A stretch of DNA of 63,960 bases, counting the filler, from Octopus bimaculoides (Eukaryota), in NCBI RefSeq assembly GCF_001194135.2. It is 4 parts of 4 records of this genome, joined end to end, with 100 filler letters (N's around TTAATTAATTAA, not from the genome) between each part and the next. Parts side by side here need not be neighbours in the genome. Positions count along the whole stretch, not along the records: positions 29,440 to 52,534 come from NC_068999.1; 3 more parts are not named here. One strand, given 5' to 3'. This document shows, in pieces, positions 38,519-49,862 of this stretch. How positions within the stretch are numbered: the stretch's first letter is position 1; every line of letters begins with the position of its first letter. Both the position numbers and the translations under genes were made by a program. The notes below the pieces were generated by a model. That model was not told where the DNA came from and ran no database searches. It saw only the letters and a list, made by a program, of their open reading frames with translations.

Positions 38519-38558
38519 TTCACTGATGAAGTTCTATAGGACTGAAACATGTCTGCAA
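38519..38558 (+). ncRNA. Solo minimal hammerhead ribozyme motif
   Basis: ttca-CTGATGA-agttc(tata)ggact-GAAAC-at-GTC-tgca. Intact core, one stem I mismatch. Confidence 0.6.
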
Positions 38559-39785
38559 CTATCACCTTATCTGCTAACAACGATCAGAATTCCTCTGAGG
38601 GATGACCGTCCAATTTTCTGTGAAATGATCCCTGAAATTATTTTCCTTTTTCTTAGAGAGTCTCTCATAATTACTTTCAGGTGTTTGTTTTCTATCTCTA
38701 ATTAAGAGGTAAATTCTCATTTATTCATAATTGTTTGCGTAAATCATTCAGGATATCGTTATCTACATGACTCATGTCTTATTACTTTCGTAAAATAAAT
38801 GGTGAATTATTTATAGTTATTAAACAATCATTTTATCTCCTCGTGGCACTTCCTATACTTTATGCTCATCTAAGTGTATATTCCTCATCTCCAGCGGCAC
38901 CAGTAGCAGCAACAGCAGCATCACCACCATAATCTGTTTCATTTATTTTTTCTTACATCTTCCATGTTAGCTGAAAGTAAACTTAAAGAGAGTTTACCAG
39001 CTTCCTTCGAGAAAATATCTGCTTCAGGCTGTTCTTTAGTTTATGTTGCTGTGTGAATGTGTGTGTGTGTGTGTGTGTGTGCGTGCGCGTGTGTGCGTGT
39101 TTACGTGCATACGCGCATGAAGACAAACATAAATTGATTTTATGCCTTCATTTTCTCGTTTTGTGCTTCTGTTCGAGTAATAAGAAGATAAATGGACGGA
39201 GATTCAAGAACTCGGGTTGTTGTAATATTTTTCATTGGTCAGTTTTAGCCACGTGACACCGTTTAAGATGCGCGGCTGGAAGTGCACAGCGTCGGTCAGT
39301 AGGTCCTGGGGGAAAACGCGTAAAGATGAGAATTGTTTGTAGAGACGATCAGACTAAGAAAAATGACCACTATGGAAGAATTTGTAGGTTGTAATAGTGG
39401 CGTAAAAAATGGAATATTATATTGGTTGCTGTTCAAAGACAAATTACCGTGATGTTGGCATTACAGATTAAATGTCGCAATGTCCTGGTTTGTAATTAAA
39501 GTCAGCGATTTAATGGCTGCTATACACAAGCCTATAATGAGAGGATGCCGAGATGTATTTTTGAGTGCCGCATCAAAATGTTGGATTTCTCGGCAATACT
39601 AAAGCTACATCTTATCTCGTGACAACTATATAATCCTTTCCGATACCTTGTAAGGATGAAACTTTCGCTCTGCGCCTTTCTCAGATAGTTACCACTAAGT
39701 GGCGATGCTGTAATTGCATCTCAACATTTGGAATTTAGAATATTTCTCTAATTTTGGTTGTAGAAACAGCAGCAGCAGCAGCAGC

Positions 39786-39826
<41 letters not shown>

Positions 39827-39869
39827 CTGGAACATTTATATCCCTAAATTTAACGTGACATTTCAACAA

Positions 39870-40060
39870 ACGAACCAACGTGGGTACTTGATGTGCTAGA
39901 AATAGCAACCAAGTCGTCTTCAAATGATCTCTCTAGCGTTTTAAATACAGAAGTGTACCTTGCACAACGTGTAGTACCTGATATACTAGTGGGATAGTCG
40001 TGACTGGAATGGCCTAGGTCATGGTTCTAACTAATTATAGCCGGCCTGGAACCAAACAAG
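39870..40060 (+). mobile_element. SINE-like family C body and tail
   Basis: gtgggtacttgatgtgctagaaatagcaacc...gtgactggaatggcc; similar to 15170-15290 and 52120-52240. Confidence 0.5.
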
Positions 40061-40160
40061 AACAATAACAAGCAACAAAACACTTATTTCCAAATTTAAT
40101 TTAATGTTCTGACTAAATTGTAAATCTAGAAATACTTACCTCAATTCACGGAAAAGCAAC

Positions 40161-40331
40161 AACAGGGGAGGTAAATGTGATAGTGTTTGACATGCAATAC
40201 AATTTATTTATTTAACACTAGGGGGAGATAAATGTAATTGTATTTGACATGTAATCTAATTATTTATTTAACACCAGAGGGAGATAAATGCTATTGTGTT
40301 TGGCATGGAATAAAGTTTGTTTATTTAACAA
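40161..40331. repeat. Three tandem ~56-bp units
   Basis: Unit approximately aacacnagggggagataaatgtnattgtgtttgacatgnaatanaatttatttattt. Confidence 0.85.
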
Positions 40332-40530
40332 TGTCCAATCAGATTGCAGTTTAAAACTTGAGATATTTAACTCCAAGAGACGACTCTTAATCGCATAAAC
40401 AGAAATTCGTCAGCTTTTCAAAAATGCTTCTTCACCAAAACTTCGAAAGTTCTTTCTTTTTTATTTTTATGTAAGATAATACATTATATTTACACCCACA
40501 CACACACACATATGTACATATTTATACGTG

Positions 40531-40531
<1 letters not shown>

Positions 40532-40606
<75 letters not shown>
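40532..40606. repeat. (TA)n microsatellite
   Basis: Directly visible. Confidence 0.95.
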
Positions 40607-40610
<4 letters not shown>

Positions 40611-40810
40611 TGTCTATGTACGTATACATATTTTGCACAGAAAAGTACATAAAAACATGTATGCAATGTACATTAATACCCATGTTGTATGTATGTATGT
40701 ATGTATGTATGCATGTGCAAAAATATTCATATATACACATGTATAGGTATTTTTGTGTTTACATACATACACACAGGCATATATATATGTGTGTGTGTGT
40801 GTATGTGTGT

Positions 40811-40848
<38 letters not shown>

Positions 40849-41805
40849 ACAAACAGTAACATGTGACGCTGTTCAAGAGTCTTTGTACTTTTGTAGGGGC
40901 CAGAGACTTGTTGTAGCACCCTCTCTCTCACTCTGACACGCACGCACACACACACACAGACACACACACACACATGCACACGCACACACACACACATGCA
41001 CAGTCATACACTCCCACACAGATGTGTGTGCATATACATATATATATATATNNNNNNNNNNNNNNNNNNNNNNNNNNNNNNNNNNNNNNNNNNNNNNNNN
41101 NNNNNNNNNNNNNNNNNNNNNNNNNNNNNNNNNNNNNNNNNNNNNNNNNNNNNNNNNNNNNNNNNNNNNNNNNNNNNNNNNNNNNNNNNNNNNNNNNNNN
41201 NNNNNNNNNNNNNNNNNNNNNNNNNNNNNNNNNNNNNNNNNNNNNNNNNNNNNNNNNNNNNNNNNNNNNNNNNNNNNNNNNNNNNNNNNNNNNNNNNNNN
41301 NNNNNNNNNNNNNNNNNNNNNNNNNNNNNNNNNNNNNNNNNNNNNNNNNNNNNNNNNNNNNNNNNNNNNNNNNNNNNNNNNNNNNNNNNNNNNNNNNNNN
41401 NNNNNNNNNNNNNNNNNNNNNNNNNNNNNNNNNNNNNNNNNNNNNNNNNNNNNNNNNNNNNNNNNNNNNNNNNNNNNNNNNNNNNNNNNNNNNNNNNNNN
41501 NNNNNNNNNNNNNNNNNNNNNNNNNNNNNNNNNNNNNNNNNNNNNNNNNNNNNNNNNNNNNNNNNNNNNNNNNNNNNNNNNNNNNNNNNNNNNNNNNNNN
41601 NNNNNNNNNNNNNNNNNNNNNNNNNNNNNNNNNNNNNNNNNNNNNNNNNNNNNNNNNNNNNNNNNNNNNNNNNNNNNNNNNNNNNNNNNNNNNNNNNNNN
41701 NNNNNNNNNNNNNNNNNNNNNNNNNNNNNNNNNNNNNNNNNNNNNNNNNNNNNNNNNNNNNNNNNNNNNNNNNNNNNNNNNNNNNNNNNNNNNNNNNNNN
41801 NNNNN

Positions 41806-41842
<37 letters not shown>

Positions 41843-41847
<5 letters not shown>

Positions 41848-42030
41848 TCCCCCCACCATCGCTTGACAACCGATGCTGGTGTGTGTACGTGTACGTAACG
41901 TAGCGGTTCGGCAAAAGAGAGACCGATAGAACAAGTACTACTCTTACAAAGAATAAGTCCTGGGGGTCAATTTGCTCCAGCATGGCCGCAGTCAGGTGAC
42001 TGAAACAAGTATAATAATAAAAGAATAGAT
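41843..42030 (+). mobile_element. Family A SINE 3' half
   Basis: ccccccaccatcgcttgacaaccgatgctggtgtg...gctccagcatggccgcagtcaggtgactgaaacaag. Confidence 0.8.
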
Positions 42031-42767
42031 AAAAACACATGCATTCGTACGAGTTTCTTCCCGGTCTCCGTCGACCAAATTCCGCTGGAACGCCATTGGT
42101 CAAGCAACGAACCAATCAGAAACTGCTGCAGTGGAATACAACACCCCTCTTACGGGGTACTGCTATGGGGTGGAATCGAACCTGAACAGCAGGTGTTTGT
42201 AAATCAGACTTGTAAGTTACACGTTAGTTTGATCAATGGTTGATATGTTGATCAATGATAAAATAAAGCATGCTTTTAACTCTAATTTATCGAACGTCGA
42301 CATGGACTGAACAGACGGATGCAATGGGAATGGAATGAGTTGAATACGATTATTTCGATATTTCCTTGTTTCGGTGTTTTTTGTCGGTTTAAAATTCCAA
42401 ATCAATAAAACTGAGATTCTTTGATAAATGGAAATATGCAGGGAGGGGGGAACCGGAAGTATCAAAAAATGAGGGAGGGGTAGAAGGAGAGGAAATGTAC
42501 GTATACGTATGTATTTACGTACATTACACACACGTAAACACACGTATATTTATATCAGCATGACCGCAGCCACTTGGCTGAAACACATAAATAAATAAAA
42601 AATAAATAAATATATATATATATATATATATATAAATATATANNNNNNNNNNNNNNNNNNNNNNNNNNNNNNNNNNNNNNNNNNNNNNNNNNNNNNNNNN
42701 NNNNNNNNNNNNNNNNNNNNNNNNNNNNNNNNNNNNNNNNNNNNNNNNNNNNNNNNNNNNNNNNNNN

Positions 42768-42802
<35 letters not shown>

Positions 42803-44859
42803 GTGTGTGTATGTATGTATGTGTGTGCGATGTGTATTATATAATTATGAAACTTGAAAATTTTTTGCTACCGTTTTCAAAATATTTTTTTTTTTTGAAT
42901 TAATTTAGAATTTCAGTGTTTTAAATTTCCACATGTTTATTTAGTTGTTTTTGCAGTTTTCTTTTTTTCTTTTTTTTTTGATATTGTTGCTGTCACTTTA
43001 GATCTCTTCCCTACCGTCACCATCCTCCACTCTCTCTCTCTCTCTATTTCTCTTTCTTGAATCTGGTTTATAAAAACATGTTTATGAAAGAACTGAAAAG
43101 AAAATTTAAAAAAAACATCTTGAATTAAAATTCCATTCCTGCAATCTTGTTTTTCTTTCTTCTTTTTTTTTGTGAAACAGACTAAATCCTCGCACTTAGA
43201 TGCGAACTCCTGACCTTGAGGTCTGTAGTCTTATATGTTACCCACAAAGCAATGTCTACTAAAACATTTTTCTCACTGTCATGAAAAGCTGGCTAAAATT
43301 GGGAAATTTACGACACAGGTAGTTGTCTGCTGTTGGCAAAATAAGACCAACGTATCGATCTCATCTGATCTGCTTATTTGATGACTGATAAGTCATTAAA
43401 AACGTCTGTCTCGATAATTTATTCAAAGGAAGAAAAAACTGTCTGTGTCACTCTTTTCAGGGGGTCCGGGGCTCCTAGAGGAAGGAAACGAAAAAAGTAA
43501 TTGTCAGCTTAAACATGTTCCCTTGCAATGGCAATAGTGTATATATGCTCCACGCAGAGCAAGGTGATGGTGTTAAAACTGGGTGACACTTTTCACCATC
43601 TTATGCTACGGCACCCGTCATTAAACATTGCTATCGTAAGTTAAATTTAAATTATGACGAATGTAAAGAACGACACGTAATCACAGGGATGTGAGTTCGA
43701 GTCTCATGACTGGACGCTTACACATTATTCTACAAAATACGGGTAGCTTATCCTGTTCATGCTATATTATTAGCACCATCCTGCGTTTGAGATGTATCTT
43801 TCAATACATCTCAACACGTCTAAAGCAAACTGTTTATTTTCATCGTACTTTGAATTTAATACATACATATATACATCCCAAATTTTATTTTGGAACGTAT
43901 TGGAGCAACTGTTGTTTACTCTTGGTGACGTCCTGTACCCATATATACATGTATATGTATATANNNNNNNNNNNNNNNNNNNNNNNNNNNNNNNNNNNNN
44001 NNNNNNNNNNNNNNNNNNNNNNNNNNNNNNNNNNNNNNNNNNNNNNNNNNNNNNNNNNNNNNNNNNNNNNNNNNNNNNNNNNNNNNNNNNNNNNNNNNNN
44101 NNNNNNNNNNNNNNNNNNNNNNNNNNNNNNNNNNNNNNNNNNNNNNNNNNNNNNNNNNNNNNNNNNNNNNNNNNNNNNNNNNNNNNNNNNNNNNNNNNNN
44201 NNNNNNNNNNNNNNNNNNNNNNNNNNNNNNNNNNNNNNNNNNNNNNNNNNNNNNNNNNNNNNNNNNNNNNNNNNNNNNNNNNNNNNNNNNNNNNNNNNNN
44301 NNNNNNNNNNNNNNNNNNNNNNNNNNNNNNNNNNNNNNNNNNNNNNNNNNNNNNNNNNNNNNNNNNNNNNNNNNNNNNNNNNNNNNNNNNNNNNNNNNNN
44401 NNNNNNNNNNNNNNNNNNNNNNNNNNNNNNNNNNNNNNNNNNNNNNNNNNNNNNNNNNNNNNNNNNNNNNNNNNNNNNNNNNNNNNNNNNNNNNNNNNNN
44501 NNNNNNNNNNNNNNNNNNNNNNNNNNNNNNNNNNNNNNNNNNNNNNNNNNNNNNNNNNNNNNNNNNNNNNNNNNNNNNNNNNNNNNNNNNNNNNNNNNNN
44601 NNNNNNNNNNNNNNNNNNNNNNNNNNNNNNNNNNNNNNNNNNNNNNNNNNNNNNNNNNNNNNNNNNNNNNNNNNNNNNNNNNNNNNNNNNNNNNNNNNNN
44701 NNNNNNNNNNNNNNNNNNNNNNNNNNNNNNNNNNNNNNNNNNNNNNNNNNNNNNNNNNNNNNNNNNNNNNNNNNNNNNNNNNNNNNNNNNNNNNNNNNNN
44801 NNNNNNNNNNNNNNNNNNNNNNNNNNNNNNNNNNNNNNNNNNNNNNNNNNNNNNNNNNN

Positions 44860-44900
<41 letters not shown>

Positions 44901-45022
44901 ATATGAATATACATATATATATATATATATACAGAGAGAGAGAGAGAGAGAGGAAGAGACAGACAGAGAGCAATCGGGTGAGTGAGTGGAGAAAGAAATA
45001 GACGGAGAAATGTATACACTCC

Positions 45023-45055
<33 letters not shown>

Positions 45056-45124
45056 ATGCATGTATATATATGTGTGTATGTGTGTCTGTGGGTGTATGTG
45101 TATATCTATCCATCTATCTATCTA

Positions 45125-45159
<35 letters not shown>

Positions 45160-45569
45160 TTGTGTGTGTTTGTATATGTAAGTATGTATACATGTATATA
45201 GCTAGCTACCTAGTTAGATAGAGAGATAGATAGCTAGATAGATAGATAGAGAAGGAGGGAGAGAGAGAGATGGAGGGAGAGAGACAGAGATGGATGGGGA
45301 GAAAGAGTTAAATGGTGGGGTAGATTGAATGTATGTAGGCAGGTATTCATTCAGTCATACATCCCGTCATCGTCTCCTCATCCTTACACCACCGCCACCC
45401 CCATTCCTCTTCCGTTTCCCCCTATCTCTTCCTCCTCCTCCCCCCATTCCTGCTGTTTACCATCAAATCTCAGTTGGAATGTTGACACTATTGTCATGTC
45501 ATTTCTTCCATGTCAACTTGTTTGTCAATCTCTTCTCGTCTCCAGTTTCAACTTTGCTCTCTCTCGCCC

Positions 45570-45589
45570 TCCCTTTCTCTCTCTCTCTC

Positions 45590-45658
<69 letters not shown>

Positions 45659-45757
45659 CTCTCTCTCCGTCTCTCTCTCTCTCTGTCTTTCTGTGAGTGT
45701 GTGCGCCTGTGTGTCTCATTCCTTCACCCTCCTTCTCTCTCATTCTTTCCCTCTCCA

Positions 45758-45826
<69 letters not shown>
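45570..45826. repeat. (CT)n and (ATCT)n microsatellites
   Basis: Directly visible. Confidence 0.9.
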
Positions 45827-45827
<1 letters not shown>

Positions 45828-45845
45828 CTTTTGTCTATATCTATA

Positions 45846-46055
45846 TCTATGGTGGATGTTTTCAAGAAACAACTTGACCTCCTGCTATCCAAAGTTCCAG
45901 ATGAACCTACACCAAGGCAGGAAACTCAATAGAGGGCAGCAGCATCGAGCTCCCTCCTTCATCAAAAGCGATCACAGAAGATTGGCCATTAAAAAGGTGA
46001 TTACACTGGGGGTGCTCCAGCATGGCCTTGTGGCCGTATCGTATAAAAGAATAAA
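45846..46055 (+). mobile_element. CR1-like LINE 3' end
   Basis: SMVDVFKKQLDLLLSKVPDEPT...RAAASSSLLHQ resembles CR1-group ORF2 C-termini. The 3' UTR ends ggggtgctccagcatggcc...taaaagaataaa. Confidence 0.7.
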
Positions 46056-46069
46056 TACATATATATATA

Positions 46070-46135
<66 letters not shown>

Positions 46136-46654
46136 ACAAAAAACTATTATTGGCAGTCATGGAGTGTCTTCTTAGATAAAGGTCGTTTTTTTTTTAACAA
46201 TTATCATCATTTATTTTATGGTCTACCTACACGTCAGAGATGCCCTTTTTATTTTGGGTTTAGGAACNNNNNNNNNNACACACACACACACATATATCCC
46301 GCACGGACGTTCACAAGACTGGACGTTTTTTCTCTCTCTCTTTTATCTTTTCTCTTTTCCAAAAAAATGTTTCTCCCAGCATTCACTATATTCCTCCCGT
46401 TCTGGTCTAACAACCCTCCATGTTTGTTTTCGTTCGGTTTCCTTGTATATCTCCACTGTCCTGTTTTTGTTCCCAACTTTGACCCTCCATAAATCCTAAC
46501 AACAAGAGAGCACCTTCTCTGGCAAGTGTTCTTTCGACTAAGAAAGGTCTCCGTGTAGAATATTTTGCTGAAAGAACAAAATGCAGGCAGCAATATATTC
46601 ACAAAACAAGCGCCAATCTGCGAAAATCGATCTCCGATTTGTGCTTGAAGTAAA

Positions 46655-46800
46655 ATGAAAGAGAATTGTCAGCGCGTTGGACAAAATGCTTGGCGGCAAT
46701 TCTTTGGGCTATTTACGTTTTGAGTTCAAATCTTACCCCAGTTCAACTTAGTCTTTCATTTTTGCAGGATGGATAGAATTCTACTCATGGAGCCAAGTTT
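46655..46800 (+). mobile_element. SINE family B, old copy
   Basis: gtcagcgcgttggacaaaatgcttggcggc...ttacgttttgagttcaaatc...tctttcatttt. Confidence 0.6.
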
Positions 46801-47301
46801 CCAATGAAGCCTCCTCTAACATTTCTAGCCGAGTGCTTAAATGTTGGAAACAATTTATCATGGTCTCTTTGTAAATTGGCCTAAAATGTGCTTTTATAAT
46901 AGTTCTTTTATAAGTCGGAGATGGGGAAGGTGTAGATAACGACCCTCATTTAAACACACAATGTAAAGACATGAAACGAAATACTTACAAAAGATGTAGT
47001 ACGGCGCTTGTACCATCCCACAACTCAGTCAATCTTGTATTACATTTGATTAGCATTGTAAATAAATATATAAACACACACGTATATATATAAACAATAT
47101 GTATATATACAAGTACATACGCGCACATACACCCACATACGTTCCATATATATACGCATTGCATACATTACATACGTCCACATCATATATACATATATAA
47201 TTAAGTAGCTAAATAAATACAATACGACTAGCCTGTGTTTTAAAACAAACATATACCGTATGACACTAAAGCGATGGACTTGTAGTGGGAGGAAGAGAAA
47301 A

Positions 47302-47346
<45 letters not shown>

Positions 47347-47935
47347 AGGGGACGAGAGGGGGATTTGCAATGGTAGGAAGAGGAAGGAATCACATGCTAA
47401 TGGCGAGGAAGGGACGACGATGGTGTGTGTGATGGCGTTGACAGGTCAAAGAAGTAACTTAGACAGAGAAACAGGAGTCGGCAACCGAGATGTTTATTTG
47501 CTTACATTAATGCAGTGTTAAAAGACAGTTTTTAGACACGTTGCTANNNNNNNNNNNNNNNNNNNNNNNNNNNNNNNNNNNNNNNNNNNNNNNNNNNNNN
47601 NNNNNNNNNNNNNNNNNNNNNNNNNNNNNNNNNNNNNNNNNNNNNNNNNNNNNNNNNNNNNNNNNNNNNNNNNNNNNNNNNNNNNNNNNNNNNNNNNNNN
47701 NNNNNNNNNNNNGAGGAGGAGGAGGAGGAGGGGGAGTGGCTGCTGTTATTGTTGTTGTTTATTCCCATAGTTTTGTTGTTTTGTTTGTGTGTGATTATTC
47801 TAAATAATTTACATAGTAATTTAATCAGACTAAAGCTTCTAGAAGCATTTTTCAGTCGTCGTCTCATGGATTAGTTTATGTACAGTGTCTGTCAGTCTGC
47901 CTGTCTGCCTGACTGCCTGTCAGCCTGTCTGTCTT

Positions 47936-47974
<39 letters not shown>

Positions 47975-48103
47975 GGGGGAGATTATATATATATATATAC
48001 ATATATATATACATATATAACTTTTTTGTATTTTCTATACATTTTTTGTACTTTCTGCTTTTTGCCATGATAGATCGCTAGCCACTACAATTTCTCTGTG
48101 TTC

Positions 48104-48140
48104 CTTTCTGTGGAAGAGCGTAGGCTCGAAACGTTAAAGA
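48104..48140 (+). ncRNA. Hammerhead-like motif with a non-canonical core (CTGTGGA)
   Basis: cttt-CTGTGGA-a-gagc(gtag)gctc-GAAAC-GTT-aaag. Stems I and II are perfect; core position 6 is U rather than A. Confidence 0.55.
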
Positions 48141-48256
48141 CTTTTTCACTTCCCGAGCGTTAAACTAATACATCTATTTGTTGTCTACACCACCTGTCTT
48201 CGTATTTTGTTTTTTTTTTGTGAATTCCCCCCCCCTATATATATATATATATATAT

Positions 48257-48304
<48 letters not shown>

Positions 48305-48971
48305 CTACCTGTATCTTTTACCCTCGATCTCAAAGATCTACAAAACGATCAACATTGATCTCGTACAAATCAACAGTTTCTCTCGTTTTGTTGTAACGTG
48401 AATATCGATTACCGCGAGACTCTACGGTAATCAACAGATCAACAACAACAACAACAACAACAACAAAATTACGACAAAGAAACAAAGAAAAATATCACCA
48501 ACCCACACACATACACACAGCTCCGTCCCTTTCTACCCCGTAAAAGAGAAAAAGACACTGAAAACGAAGTAGACGGCGATACACGACAATGATGAGCTGA
48601 TATTATCCGGCGATAGGATTTGGCTTTCGAGCGAATGTCTTTGTGTTAATCGGCGTATTTTAATTAGACGATGCCAACGTATCTTGGAGAAAACTGTCGA
48701 AGTGAATAGCTGAAAGTAGTTAAATGGTGCTGCTCATATCACAACAAGCAATCATTATTCAACAGATGACGACCCACTTAAACAATAATCCTTCTTCTCA
48801 CACTTGTTTTGTGGAGCGAACGTTTCTTGTTTTATTTTTTGGTGAAAAAAAAAAAACTAAAAAACAAAACATTGGTATCTTTTGTGTCGATGTCTCCAAG
48901 GTTATGACAGTAATATTGATAACGGACAAAGGGAGAGAGAGAGAGGGAGAGAGAGAAACGGACAGACTGAT

Positions 48972-49030
<59 letters not shown>

Positions 49031-49706
49031 CAGAGAGACAGAGACAGACAGGCATTCAGACAGACTGACAAATAGACAAATAGGCTGACTGACTGACTGA
49101 CAGACAAATGCACAGAGACAGAGTGACTGGCAGACAAATTGACGAACAGACCTGTAGAGAGACATGGTGAATGAAGAGAATGATTATGAAGAAAGAAAGA
49201 ACGAAAGAAAGAAAGAAAGAAAGACTGAGAAGATTATTGTTGATTATTCAGAAAGATTGACCTCCCCCCCTCTCTCTCTTTGTCTCAGTGCCTCTCCTTG
49301 AGGGAGATTTGGTCGCGTATTCTTAAATCAATTGCAGGTGAACAAAAGTGTGGTGGAAGGCGTTCTGCTTTCTAAAATTCCGTCGTTTGTACACCAAGAA
49401 TTTTATTGTTCAATATAGACTTTATTTCAGACCTTTCCGAGCCTTCAGATGACGTGGAAATAAATATCTTAATCCTATCGTTCTCTTAATTGCACAGAAA
49501 AATTTATTTGGGTTTCTTTTGAAGAACTGACCCTCTTCAGTGAAGATGTACTCCAGTTCTCTAGCTACTTAGAGAACTTTGGATTTGATGGCTTGTAGGG
49601 AAGCGGTATTTAGTTATGCAACCATAACATGCAATCAAATATATTAAACGTCTTTTTTTTATGAGTCAATACCACATTCTACTGTGTTAGCAATGCTACT
49701 ACACCA

Positions 49707-49862
49707 CTTGTTAAGGGTATCTCTACAGATAATCTATAGAAATTAGAGCTAGCACTGATTTTTGCTACGACGTTTCGTACCTGACGTCACAGATACCGTT
49801 GTAACATAAATCGATGCTGGATCTAATTTCTATAGATTATCTGTAGAGATAACCGTAACAAG
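49707..49862. mobile_element. 156-bp MITE-like element with 41-bp TIRs
   Basis: cttgttaagggtatctctacagataatctatagaaattaga (49707-49747) versus tctaatttctatagattatctgtagagataaccgtaacaag (49822-49862); 2 mismatches. Confidence 0.8.

Noticed and set aside
40161-40331. CRISPR-like array (also considered for 37021-37136)
   Set aside because: The units are head-to-tail without unique spacers, the context is eukaryotic and there are no cas genes.
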